From IMG/VR virus record IMGVR_UViG_3300037307_000067, positions 1-31,676 of that record: 31,676 nucleotides of DNA. One strand, given 5' to 3'. Both the position numbers and the translations under genes were made by a program. Under the pieces are notes generated by a model, which did not search any database, had not been told where the DNA came from, and saw nothing but the letters and a program-made list of their open reading frames with translations. Source of the stretch: a virus. Lineage: Duplodnaviria > Caudoviricetes. This document shows, piece after piece, positions 8,082 through 17,274 of this stretch (the first letter of the stretch is position 1; each line of letters opens with the position of its first letter).

Positions 8082-8756
8082 ATGGCAGAGTCGGCAGGCA
8101 CCGCAGCGGCGGCAAGCGGCTCGGAAGGCGCGACGGCGCAACCGGCAGGGGACAGCCAGGCGGCAGGGTTCACGCCACCGGCTGAGTGGCTTGAGAGCGA
8201 TCATTACAAGCCGTTTATCAAAGAGGACAAGTCTTTCGACATTGAAGGGCTTGGCAAAAAATACGCCGAATTGGCGCAGCAGGTTCCGGTAATCCCGGCG
8301 AAGGCCGACGATTATAGTTTCGAGTTTCCGCAAGACTTCCAGGTTGACGAAGCGGCGTTGCAGTTGCACCGGCAGATGGCGAAGGAGCTTGGGCTGACGC
8401 AGGCGCAGTACGAAGGCGTGACCAAACACGAACTTCAAGCCTACGCAGCGAAGGCCGAGGCAGAAGCCAAGCAGCTGAGTGAAGCTAAAAACGCGCTGGT
8501 CAAGGAATGGGGGGGCCAGCAGCAGTTTGAGACTCGGATCGGCAAGTGTAGAGAGGTCGCCGCAAGGTTCTTCGGCAAAGAGATAGTCGATAAACACGAT
8601 CTTGCGAACGACCCGGTTTTTGTGAAGGGCTTGTGGGCGATTGCGTCCACGATTTCAGAAGACAAACTCAAACAGGGGAGCCAATCGGGGGCCAATGAAC
8701 GGCCACTTGGGATAGACGGCAGACCGCGCCTCCGGTTCAAGTCAATGGGAGAATAG
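8082..8756 (+). CDS. Capsid scaffolding protein
   Basis: Low-complexity N-terminus, P...DDY, ELGLTQAQ, EWG motifs; immediately before capsid; GGAGG SD favours ATG 8082. Confidence 0.85.
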   Translation: MAESAGTAAAASGSEGATAQPAGDSQAAGFTPPAEWLESDHYKPFIKEDKSFDIEGLGKKYAELAQQVPVIPAKADDYSFEFPQDFQVDEAALQLHRQMAKELGLTQAQYEGVTKHELQAYAAKAEAEAKQLSEAKNALVKEWGGQQQFETRIGKCREVAARFFGKEIVDKHDLANDPVFVKGLWAIASTISEDKLKQGSQSGANERPLGIDGRPRLRFKSMGE

Positions 8757-8782
8757 GCGTCCCCGTCAAGGAGATAAATTAA

Positions 8783-9748
8783 ATGGCAGACAAAAGCGAT
8801 ACCAGGCTTGGCCTTGTGGAAGTGGTCAAGCGGCATGACCCCAATGGAAATCTCGCCACCATCGCCGAGGTTCTGGCGCAGGAAAACACGATCATCGCCG
8901 ACGCGGTGTGGCGGGAAGGAAACGATATTTTCAGCAACAAGACCGTGCGCCGGTCTTCGCTTCCTTCCGGCACCTGGCGCAAACTGAATCGTGGTGTGTC
9001 CAAAGCTTCTTCCGATACGGTCGAGATCGTGGACACCATTGGTATTCTGGAAGCCCGCGCCGAAAATGACGTGGAAATCATCAAAGCCTTCAAAGACCCG
9101 GCCCAGGCCCGCATGGACGAGGCCAAGGCTTTCATTGAGGGCATGAACCAGCAGGCGGCCTACGGCATGATTTACGGCAATGCCCTGACCGCTCCAGAGG
9201 AGTTCACCGGGCTGGCCCCTCGCCTGGACGCCATCAGTGCGACCACCAACGTCATCAACGAGGGCGGCGGCGGCGGAGACACCACCTCCATTTACGTCTG
9301 CACCTGGGGGTCCGACAGCGTTTACATGGCCTATCCTCGCAACACCAGCGCGGGGCTGGAGCATGAGGATCTCGGCATCCTGGACGCCGAGGACTCGGAT
9401 GGCAACAAGTTCCGGGCCTATGTGGACCGTTTCGTATGGCGGATGGGCATGGTGGTGCGCAATATCAAGTGCATCGGGCGCATTGCGAACATCGAGGTAA
9501 CCGGCTCCACCAACATCTTCGACGAGGACAACCTGATCACCCTGCTCAACCGCATGGTGACCGGCCCCGGCACCCGCATTTACTGCAACGAGGCCGTGCT
9601 GACCCAGGCGCAGATCCGGCTGAAGGACAAGAGCAACGTGAATTGGTCGGCTGAAAACGGCCTTTCCGGGGAACGGTTCACGCGCTTCCAGGGCATCCCG
9701 GTCCGCAAGGTCGAGCAGATTGTCTCCACCGAGACGGCTGTTGCTTAA
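8783..9748 (+). CDS. Major capsid protein (HK97 fold, BPP-1-like family)
   Basis: 321 aa; LPSGTWRKLNRGV, IYGN...EFTGL, TSIY, RIANI, FQGIPVR motifs; strong codon bias; AAGGAG SD. Confidence 0.93.
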   Translation: MADKSDTRLGLVEVVKRHDPNGNLATIAEVLAQENTIIADAVWREGNDIFSNKTVRRSSLPSGTWRKLNRGVSKASSDTVEIVDTIGILEARAENDVEIIKAFKDPAQARMDEAKAFIEGMNQQAAYGMIYGNALTAPEEFTGLAPRLDAISATTNVINEGGGGGDTTSIYVCTWGSDSVYMAYPRNTSAGLEHEDLGILDAEDSDGNKFRAYVDRFVWRMGMVVRNIKCIGRIANIEVTGSTNIFDEDNLITLLNRMVTGPGTRIYCNEAVLTQAQIRLKDKSNVNWSAENGLSGERFTRFQGIPVRKVEQIVSTETAVA

Positions 9749-9792
9749 CAAATTCAATCGGCCTGAGTTAGGGCCGGAAGGAGATAGAAGAA

Positions 9793-10224
9793 ATGGCAAT
9801 TCAATATGAATACGAGTTTGCCGATAACGAAGCTTTTACCGGCAACAATGCAACCACCATCGGCGCGATTGTTTCCGAGAAGAACAACGCGGCTACCAAT
9901 AAAACGGCTTGGGGCGCAAACCAGAACTCTCAGCTGGCCGCCGGGCTCACCTTCTGCGTCGATGTTGCGGCGAACTTCACCGCTGGCGGGGCCACGGTGC
10001 AGCTGAAGACCGCTGCCACCAACAACCTGAACGCCACCGGCACGGTGCTGGCGACCGTCACGGTTGCCAACAACGCGACTGCCGGGACGCGCTACAAGGT
10101 GATGATCCCGGTCGGCACCCCGCGCCTGAAGTACCTCGGGGCGATTGGGACCACCATCGGCAACGTGTCGGCAGGGAACCTCAACATTTACCTCGCGCCC
10201 AACCTCGGTGAACTGACCGACTAA
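9793..10224 (+). CDS. Capsid decoration/cement protein (Bbp16-like), Asn-rich
   Basis: Follows capsid; beta-rich 143 aa with KYLG motif near C-terminus. Confidence 0.7.
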   Translation: MAIQYEYEFADNEAFTGNNATTIGAIVSEKNNAATNKTAWGANQNSQLAAGLTFCVDVAANFTAGGATVQLKTAATNNLNATGTVLATVTVANNATAGTRYKVMIPVGTPRLKYLGAIGTTIGNVSAGNLNIYLAPNLGELTD

Positions 10225-10242
10225 CCAGGGAGGGGGTGAACC

Positions 10243-10422
10243 ATGACCGACTATGCCATCACGGTTTCGTCCCGCAAGCATAACGCGATCAGGATCGACC
10301 CTGATAAGTGCGTCCGCTACGAGGGCTCCGAGGCCAACAATAATTATCACGTCATCTTTTACATCAACAAGGACGTGACGGCGGCTGCCAACAACGACAC
10401 GATCACGTTGACGTTGGCTTAA
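10243..10422 (+). CDS. Small putative structural protein (59 aa)
   Basis: MTDYAITVSSRKHNAIRID...ANNNYHVIFYINKDVTAAANNDTITLTLA; GGGAGG SD. Below track cutoff. Confidence 0.7.
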   Translation: MTDYAITVSSRKHNAIRIDPDKCVRYEGSEANNNYHVIFYINKDVTAAANNDTITLTLA

Positions 10423-10429
10423 CCAAAAC

Positions 10430-10456
10430 GGGGGGCCGGGACCGCCCGCGCCCCCC
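10430..10456. terminator. GC-rich hairpin after the capsid/decoration genes
   Basis: GGGGGGC-CGGG / ACCG loop / CCCG-C-GCCCCCC; no U tract on +, short one on -. Terminator or mRNA stabiliser. Confidence 0.5.
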
Positions 10457-10489
10457 TAAAAACAATCTGCATCAAGAGGAGTGCCTACG

Positions 10490-10867
10490 ATGGCAAGACA
10501 GGAATGGGTTTGTTTCAGGGAGTGCTTCCATCTCAACAAGCTATTCAAGCCGGGAGAGAAGTTCCCGCATGAATGGATTGAGAACGGCTACAAGCCAAAC
10601 AAGCATTTCTGCTCACCGGCTGAATACGCAGACATGCGGGATACCGAAAAAAAGACACGGTATCAGTTCTGTGCCGGGGATGACCAGAGAAGCACCGAGG
10701 AGTTGAAGGCGGCACTCAAGAAGTACATGCCGGACATCAACCCGAAGTGGAGCCGGAAAGAAATCTGGATGGCCTTGCATGACCGTGAACATGCCGAAGC
10801 AAGGACCGGCGGCGGTGGAGGCGAGGAGGCAAAACGCCATCCCAGCAGGCCGCCCAAAGGAATGTAA
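10490..10867 (+). CDS. Hypothetical phage protein
   Basis: AGGAG SD; abuts the next gene. Confidence 0.7.
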   Translation: MARQEWVCFRECFHLNKLFKPGEKFPHEWIENGYKPNKHFCSPAEYADMRDTEKKTRYQFCAGDDQRSTEELKAALKKYMPDINPKWSRKEIWMALHDREHAEARTGGGGGEEAKRHPSRPPKGM

Positions 10868-11668
10868 ATGACCAGTTATTATTTCTACCCGTACACATCG
10901 CTTACCGGCGGGAATGCGGAGTCGCTTGACAGCCTGGACGGAAACCTCGTCAAGAACGGCGACGGTGCGCTTGTCATCACCGGCAACGAGTATATCGCCT
11001 ACACCCTGGACGAGGACAACGGCAACAACGAGTCGGTGCCTGACATTATTTCGCCGGACACCAATGCCGGGAACAAGCGTTGGGTGCGGGTTAGTTCGGC
11101 GATTGACGGAAAGATCGACACGGTTACCGGCCAAAACGGCATGGTGGCGTATTTCAACAACAACGGCCACCTGAACGCTTCCACGGTTAATTACAACAAC
11201 CTCCAGAACGCAACCAAAATACAGAGCAAAAACGTAGCAGCGACCGCTCCGGCGGACGGACAGCTGATGCGTTACAACAACAGCGCACCCGCTTGGGAAC
11301 CAAGCGAAATCGGCATTTGGCGCTGGTCCGGCGTGAATGTCTATAACAACAACGGCTGGCCGACCACATGGCAAGACCTTGATTTGTCTTCTGCCTGTGG
11401 AAACGGGCGGTCATTGGTTCAGTTGGAAGTTATCAACGGGGCGTCAACGGTTGGGCTCTGGGCCTGCCGCATGAAGGGCGCGGCCTATGAGGTTGGAAGG
11501 GACCAAGACGCCTCGCGTGGTGCTGGTGCCGGGGCCGGTTCCATGTTGGCAAACCAAGGCATAGTGGTCACGGCGGTCACCGCATCTAACGGTATTATCC
11601 AGATATGGAGTTCAAACAATTCCGCAAACTCAAACATCAACGTCCTGACATACGTCAGGTTGGAGTAA
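10868..11668 (+). CDS. Putative head/tail fibre-like structural protein, Asn-rich
   Basis: Fibre-type motifs (IISPDTNAGNKRW, APADGQLMRY...W, WQDLDLSS); located in the structural operon. Confidence 0.65.
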   Translation: MTSYYFYPYTSLTGGNAESLDSLDGNLVKNGDGALVITGNEYIAYTLDEDNGNNESVPDIISPDTNAGNKRWVRVSSAIDGKIDTVTGQNGMVAYFNNNGHLNASTVNYNNLQNATKIQSKNVAATAPADGQLMRYNNSAPAWEPSEIGIWRWSGVNVYNNNGWPTTWQDLDLSSACGNGRSLVQLEVINGASTVGLWACRMKGAAYEVGRDQDASRGAGAGAGSMLANQGIVVTAVTASNGIIQIWSSNNSANSNINVLTYVRLE

Positions 11669-11671
11669 AAA

Positions 11672-12592
11672 ATGCCGGTTTATTGGGCGTCATCAGCGGG
11701 AGTGATTACATCAGCCGGGGCCGGTCTTATCACGAATTTGGCTGTTTGCAAGTTGGCGTTGGCATGGCTCGGTGCCGACCCTGACAAGCTTTCGGACGTT
11801 GACACCATCACGACTTCATCAACCAAAGAAGAGCAGCTTTGCAATATCGTCTTTGACACGGCCCGCAAAGCGGTCCTTGAAGCAAAAAACTGGCAATTTG
11901 CTACCCGAGAGTCGCAGCTAAACCTTGCCGCAGGGACCGCCGAGGCTGACTTCAATACGGACGGAAACATCAAAGCTATCACAGGAATAACGGCTGCGGA
12001 CCCTTGTGTTGTGACGGCGGCGAACCACGGTTTTCTAAACGGCTGGTTGGTCAGGATTTACGATGTATCCGGCATGACAGAAATCAACGGCATGGTGGTC
12101 CGGGTGGCAAACAAGGACATCAATACTTTTGAGTGCTACCAGCTGGACGGATCAAATTTCACCGCCTACACAAGCGGCGGGTATTGTGTGCGCTATGAGG
12201 CAAACCCGGCCTATCAAAACGGTTATGTATATGAGGTTCCAACAGACATGCTGCGTCCTGTGGCAACACTACCAGAGGGGGCGCGGTTTGAGATTGTTGG
12301 AAGCGGTGATAGCCGCCGCCTGCTTTCGGATACGCAAGACCTTGTGCTGCAATACATCGCTGACGTTTCGACTGTGAGCGAAATGCCGGACCACTTCGCC
12401 CGCGCCTGGGCGGCTAGGATCGCAGCCGAGTTAGCGGCCCCGCTGCAAAAGAAAGGCACCGGCATGAAGGATATGTGGGAACACTATATGCAGGTCTTGA
12501 ACGAAAACACTTTGAGCAACGCCCGAAATGTTGATGCCAAGAGCATGATTCGTCAGACCTCTCCGACGCTATCCGATGGCGGGTGGGAATGA
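11672..12592 (+). CDS. Tail tubular protein A/adaptor with inserted FCCH-like beta domain
   Basis: CKLALAWLG, ARKAVLEAKNWQFA, YEVPTDMLR, AARIAAELA; insert ITGITAADPCVVTAANHG...GMTEING. Confidence 0.82.
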   Translation: MPVYWASSAGVITSAGAGLITNLAVCKLALAWLGADPDKLSDVDTITTSSTKEEQLCNIVFDTARKAVLEAKNWQFATRESQLNLAAGTAEADFNTDGNIKAITGITAADPCVVTAANHGFLNGWLVRIYDVSGMTEINGMVVRVANKDINTFECYQLDGSNFTAYTSGGYCVRYEANPAYQNGYVYEVPTDMLRPVATLPEGARFEIVGSGDSRRLLSDTQDLVLQYIADVSTVSEMPDHFARAWAARIAAELAAPLQKKGTGMKDMWEHYMQVLNENTLSNARNVDAKSMIRQTSPTLSDGGWE

Positions 12593-14310
12593 GTACTTTC
12601 TCTGTAGTGAAGCGGCTTTTCAACGCGGGCGAATTATCGCCGAAGGTTTATGGCCGTTCCGATTTGGATAAGTGGTCAGGTGGTTGCAAGACGCTTTTAA
12701 ATTTTCTGCCGCTTCCGCAGGGTGGGGTGCAGCGCAGGCCGGGAATAGAGTTCATCACGTCTGCCAAAAACAATGGCAACGATGTTAGGCTGATCCCGTT
12801 TCAGTTCAGTTCCACCCAGGCGTACATCATTGAAGCCGGGAACAGTTATTTCCGGTTTTACATGAACGGCGGTCAGATCCTTGGAAACAACAACGCCGCC
12901 TACGAGGTGGCCCACAACTACACGCAAAACGACCTTTCAACGATTCAGTACACGCAGAGCTTCGACACCCTTTACTTGACCCACAAAAACCACCATCCGA
13001 AGCAGCTAACCCGCACGGATCACAACAACTGGACGTTTGGGAACGTGTCGTTCACGTTCAACAACAACAGTACAGCCCCGGTCGAGTGGAGTGCGAACAA
13101 CGGGTATCCCCGCACCTGTACTTTTTATCAGGACCGTCTGGTGTTTGCTTCTTCCACCTTGTTTCCTTCGCGGATTTGGATCAGCAAAACCGGCAACTAC
13201 ACCAATATGACCACCGGCACAAACGATGCTGACGGCATGACGCTTAACCTTTTAAGCGGAACATCGGATGTCATTTACTGGCTAACAAGCGGCAAGACAA
13301 TCCTTGCCGGTACAGACGCTGGAATACAGAGCATCCTTGCCGGAAGTGCTACGGTCGCGGCCCTGTCGCCCACCAACAAAAAGAACCAGAAGGAAAGCTA
13401 TTTCGGCACGTCCGAAGTCATGCCGGTCAAGCTGGGCGATGTGGTTATTTACGCGGGCAACCCGGCAAGCAAGGTTCGGGAGTTGAGTTTTTCATGGGAA
13501 GCAGATGCCTATCAGTCGGGCGAGCTTTCTGTGTTGTCTGACCACCTGCTGCAATCCAATACGGTGCGCGAGTTCGCTTATCAACAGTCTCCATATGAAA
13601 TTGTTTGGTGCTTGCGGTCGGACAACACATTGCTGGCCTTGACCTACATGCAGGAGCAGCGGGTGGTTGCCTGGTCCCGCCACAACACCAACGGCAACAT
13701 TTGCTCGATTGCTACCATTCCTGGCAACTACGAAACCGAACTTTGGATGGCGGTTCACCGCAATATCAACAACAACACGGCAACTTATATCGAACGGCTT
13801 TCCACTTTTCTTTCTAAAAACTGGAATGCTTCGGATTTTCTTGATTCGTACGTAAGCCTCACCAATCCGAGCAACTTTACTTATGTATCGGTTCCACATT
13901 TAGCAAACGAAACAGTCCAGTATTTTGCGGGCGGGGTTGCCGGTCAAACCACCGTGACAGATAACAACGCCGCTGTTCCGTCATGCACTTCTGCCAAGGT
14001 GGGCCTGCAATATGTTTCCGACCTTGAACCGCTTATCCCGGAGCCGGAACTGAAAAGCGGGGCGATGGCCTATAAGACGCTACGGGTGACCGAAATGGCG
14101 ATTTCCTGCCGCAACAGTGCTGGAGGCACTTATGGGCCGGACGCAAACACGCAGACAGCCCTTTTCGCAAACAACGCTTTCACTAACGGCAAGGTGGACA
14201 ATCTCAGCATTCGGGGCGGGCATGGGATAGATCAAGGGGTCTTCATTCGTCAATCAGACCCGCTGCCAATGAACATCGACATGCTTGGTTTGGAAATTGA
14301 GGTGGAATAA
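12589..14310 (+). CDS. Tail tubular protein B/nozzle
   Basis: FNAGELSP, PQGGVQRRPG, RLIPFQFS, QDRLVFA, VAWSRH, QSDPLPM motifs; ATGA coupling. Confidence 0.88.
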   Translation: MSTFSVVKRLFNAGELSPKVYGRSDLDKWSGGCKTLLNFLPLPQGGVQRRPGIEFITSAKNNGNDVRLIPFQFSSTQAYIIEAGNSYFRFYMNGGQILGNNNAAYEVAHNYTQNDLSTIQYTQSFDTLYLTHKNHHPKQLTRTDHNNWTFGNVSFTFNNNSTAPVEWSANNGYPRTCTFYQDRLVFASSTLFPSRIWISKTGNYTNMTTGTNDADGMTLNLLSGTSDVIYWLTSGKTILAGTDAGIQSILAGSATVAALSPTNKKNQKESYFGTSEVMPVKLGDVVIYAGNPASKVRELSFSWEADAYQSGELSVLSDHLLQSNTVREFAYQQSPYEIVWCLRSDNTLLALTYMQEQRVVAWSRHNTNGNICSIATIPGNYETELWMAVHRNINNNTATYIERLSTFLSKNWNASDFLDSYVSLTNPSNFTYVSVPHLANETVQYFAGGVAGQTTVTDNNAAVPSCTSAKVGLQYVSDLEPLIPEPELKSGAMAYKTLRVTEMAISCRNSAGGTYGPDANTQTALFANNAFTNGKVDNLSIRGGHGIDQGVFIRQSDPLPMNIDMLGLEIEVE

Positions 14311-14825
14311 TGGCGCTACCGTTGGCGGCCCTTTTAATGCTTGGAGGCTCGGCGATAAGTGCCGGTGGCAGCATGTACGGCGCTTACGTTGCCGGAAAGC
14401 AGGGTGAGTACCAGGAAGACATCAACAGGTACGCCGCCCAATATTCCAAGGCTGTGCAAAGGGTGGAAGAGGCCAAGATCCAGCGCCAGGCCGAACAGAT
14501 TATTTCGGCGCAGCGGGCGCAGACGGCGGCAAGCGGGTTTACCAACGAAGGCACCCCGCTTGAATTGCAGGTTGAATCCCGAATGATGGCCGACCTGGAC
14601 ACGGCCCTTTTGCGGCAGGCTGGCGGGATAGAGCGGATGCGATTAAGGGTGGGCGGAACTATGGCGAGGGCGGAAGGCTACGGCATGAGTGCGGGGCTTT
14701 CGGCCAGGGCCTTTGGCACCATGAGCGGGTCTTTATTGTCCTACGGCGGCAGCCAGGGATGGTTTAGCGGCGACACCAAGGCCCCGGAGCCGTCCTACCC
14801 GCGCAACTTCAGGAGCTTTGGATAA
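14310..14825 (+). CDS. Small internal virion (ejection) protein, T7 gp14-like
   Basis: Hydrophobic Gly/Ala N-terminus, QRAQTAASG...GTPL motif; follows the nozzle. Confidence 0.75.
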   Translation: MALPLAALLMLGGSAISAGGSMYGAYVAGKQGEYQEDINRYAAQYSKAVQRVEEAKIQRQAEQIISAQRAQTAASGFTNEGTPLELQVESRMMADLDTALLRQAGGIERMRLRVGGTMARAEGYGMSAGLSARAFGTMSGSLLSYGGSQGWFSGDTKAPEPSYPRNFRSFG

Positions 14826-15250
14826 TGGCTGACATCAACAAGGCGCAGTTGATTTTCCTCGATGCGATCCAGCGGGCTTCATCCGACACGGCTGACCAGA
14901 TCAAGGCGCTGAAAGAGGCCATCATGGGCGTTTTGGCGGCGGTTGCTGAAGCCAATTCCAAGGGCATGATGGCGATGGTGGACTCAATCAAAACCATTCC
15001 TGTCAGCCGCGTCAAGAATGTCGTTGACATGGTGCCGATAGCCGATTCGGTCAAGAAGCTGGAGGAGATCAACGCGGCGGCGGGCCGGTCCCTGTCTGCC
15101 GAGCTGGACAAGCATTACAGGACCGTTGCCGCTATTCTCTCCCGGCTTGAGGCGGCGTTGATTGCACCCAAGAAATACAAAGTGAACATCGACCGCAACC
15201 ATCAAACGAAGCTGATTCAGGATGTAACCATCGAGCAGATAAAGGAGTAA
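14825..15250 (+). CDS. Hypothetical helical protein
   Basis: TAATG coupling; 141 aa. Confidence 0.7.
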   Translation: MADINKAQLIFLDAIQRASSDTADQIKALKEAIMGVLAAVAEANSKGMMAMVDSIKTIPVSRVKNVVDMVPIADSVKKLEEINAAAGRSLSAELDKHYRTVAAILSRLEAALIAPKKYKVNIDRNHQTKLIQDVTIEQIKE

Positions 15251-15256
15251 GGAAAA

Positions 15257-15667
15257 ATGGCAATCGTTTTCACGGACATCGGATGCGACAAGGTTCTGAC
15301 CGTTTATCTTGCTTCAGGGAACCTAACGTTGCGGCTTTACACGAACAACTACACGCCGGTTGACACTTCGCAGAACAACGCTTTCACGGACGCCTCCGGT
15401 GGTAACTACGCGGCGATCACGCTGGACAAAAACAACTGGACGGTGGCGGCGAACAACGACCCGTCAGATGGCGTGTACGCGCAGCAGACGTTTACCTTCA
15501 ACGGCCCGGTTGACGGCAACGCCACGATTTACGGCTATTTCGTGACGGACGCCAACAACGCTGCGGTTTGGGCCGAGCGGTTTGGCAACTCGTTCACGCC
15601 GACCAACAATGGGGACAACATCAAGATCACCCCACGCGTTCAGATGAGCAACGGCACCCCGGCATAA
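15257..15667 (+). CDS. Small beta-sandwich virion structural protein, Asn-rich
   Basis: LRLYTN..TP, GGNYAAITL, TIYGYFVTD, WAERF motifs typical of phage fibre-associated proteins. Confidence 0.72.
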   Translation: MAIVFTDIGCDKVLTVYLASGNLTLRLYTNNYTPVDTSQNNAFTDASGGNYAAITLDKNNWTVAANNDPSDGVYAQQTFTFNGPVDGNATIYGYFVTDANNAAVWAERFGNSFTPTNNGDNIKITPRVQMSNGTPA

Positions 15668-15678
15668 AAAGGCTTTAG

Positions 15679-17274
15679 ATGGCCCAAAACAATTTCACCA
15701 CGCCAGGCAACAACACCTGGACCTGCCCGGCTGGGGTTTCTTCCATCAACGTTCAGATTTGGGCGGGTGGCGGCTCCGGCGGCGGCGGCAATGCGACTCT
15801 CGGCGCTGGTGGTGCGGGTGGCGGGGCCTATGCCAGAATAAACAACTATGCTGTTGCCGAGGGGGCCAACTACCTTCTGACGGTTGGAAACGGTGGCGCG
15901 GCGGTTGCTGCGAACACCAACGGCAACCCTGGTGAAAACTCTGTTTTCAGACACGCGAACAATGCCAACGCGGCTTGGGCGCAGGGCGGAAGGGGTGGTG
16001 TCAGGGGCCGTAACGCAGGAAACGCCGCGGGCGGAACCACGGCCAATAGTTCCGGCAACAATACTTTCGCGGGAGGCAACGGCAGTTCCCGCAACACGAC
16101 TACAACGACACAGCCGGGGTCTGGCGGCGGCGGGGCCGGGAACAACGCAGCGGGCAGCGCCGGTGCGAACACGGCGAATGCGGCAGGTGGCGCGGGCGGA
16201 AATGCCGGGGGCGGGAACGGCGGAAACGCGACTACCGGGGCAAACGGTGGCGCTGGGTTCCAGCCGGGCGGCGGCGGGGCCGGCGGCGGCGGCGGCAACA
16301 AGATAGGCGGTGTCGGCGGCGCCGGGCAGATCATCATAACCTACAATGTGGTTTTCGCCTACAATCACGGGCTGGCAATCGGCGGGCCGGTTGTTGGCGG
16401 AAATGCAAACTCGTCTTTTATCTATACCCTGTCCCTGACCGGCAGCAACGGCGCAGTTTTAGGTGGGAACGCTTCAACCGAGTTCGAGACAGCGACTCAA
16501 AGCTATAATCACGGCCTTGCGGTCGGTGGGGTTCTTGCTGGCGGTTCAAACTCTGTTGTGGCGGTTGGCAGGGCCTTTTCAGCTTCCGGCGGGCCGGTTG
16601 CAGGAGGCGCGGCTGGCAAGATCGCCGGACTTGTTTTTCAGTCTTCGGGCGGGGCGGTTTCTGGCGGAACATCGGTGCAGGTCTTCTCGGCTGTCTTTCA
16701 GCCGTCAGGCGGGGTTGTTGGCGGTGGTTCAGCCGGTGTTGTCGCTACCAACTTACAACTGCTTTCCATCACCGGCGCGGGTGGTTCGGTCTTTGGTGGC
16801 GCGGCTGATGTTGTTTTGGAGTCAAACGCCGCCGGGTCGTATTCCATCACCGGTTCTGGTGGTTCGGTCTTTGGTGGCGCGGCGTCTATAGAAACAACCT
16901 CTATCCAGGCACTTGCGGTTACCGGGTCCGGCGGGGTCGTTGCCGGTGCGGCTGACGGTTATTCTGTCGGCGTGGCGCATGACGCTGCTGGCGGGCCGGT
17001 TGCTGGTGGTGCGTCAGAGGTTGTTTTTGAAACCGGCATTTCCCTTATCGGCCAGGGCGGTGTTCTTGGCGGCGGCGCGGCTGAAATCCTGTTTGGGGTC
17101 GATGTGGCCCCGGCGGGCGGTGCGGTCCTCGGCGGCGAGTGCGATCGGGACGAGGAAGCAACGGAAGAGGCCCATGCCGTAGTTCGCCCGGCTGACGATT
17201 ACTGGCGGTTCGTGCTGCGCGACGATGACGAAGTTTTAATGATTGTTGCCAATTTTATTAAGGTGGTCGGCTGA
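15679..17274 (+). CDS. Glycine-rich fibre-like virion protein
   Basis: N-terminal WTCPAGVSSINVQIWAGGG Gly-rich domain, then GG-xxx-GG repeats and acidic DDDEVL tail. Confidence 0.8.
   Translation: MAQNNFTTPGNNTWTCPAGVSSINVQIWAGGGSGGGGNATLGAGGAGGGAYARINNYAVAEGANYLLTVGNGGAAVAANTNGNPGENSVFRHANNANAAWAQGGRGGVRGRNAGNAAGGTTANSSGNNTFAGGNGSSRNTTTTTQPGSGGGGAGNNAAGSAGANTANAAGGAGGNAGGGNGGNATTGANGGAGFQPGGGGAGGGGGNKIGGVGGAGQIIITYNVVFAYNHGLAIGGPVVGGNANSSFIYTLSLTGSNGAVLGGNASTEFETATQSYNHGLAVGGVLAGGSNSVVAVGRAFSASGGPVAGGAAGKIAGLVFQSSGGAVSGGTSVQVFSAVFQPSGGVVGGGSAGVVATNLQLLSITGAGGSVFGGAADVVLESNAAGSYSITGSGGSVFGGAASIETTSIQALAVTGSGGVVAGAADGYSVGVAHDAAGGPVAGGASEVVFETGISLIGQGGVLGGGAAEILFGVDVAPAGGAVLGGECDRDEEATEEAHAVVRPADDYWRFVLRDDDEVLMIVANFIKVVG
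16764..16883 (+). repeat. 42-bp intragenic direct repeat (16764-16805, 16842-16883)
   Basis: ttccatcaccgg-N4-ggtggttcggtctttggtggcgcggc, 39/42 identical, 78 nt apart. Confidence 0.85.

Noticed and set aside
8032-8292. 86-aa Arg-rich plus-strand ORF
   Set aside because: Alternative frame of the scaffold gene, which has the SD and family motifs.
8441-9799. 452-aa minus-strand ORF
   Set aside because: Antisense shadow of the codon-biased scaffold/capsid genes; no recognisable motifs.
15640-16368. Pro-rich minus-strand ORFs
   Set aside because: Reverse complement of the Gly-rich coding sequence.
9793-16500. AAC-rich DNA as a diversity-generating retroelement template, or Asn codon reassignment
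   Set aside because: No reverse transcriptase and no repeat pair differing only at adenines were seen; AAC codons lie in intact genes, and conserved motif Asn residues (GNHE, FNAGELSP) read normally.
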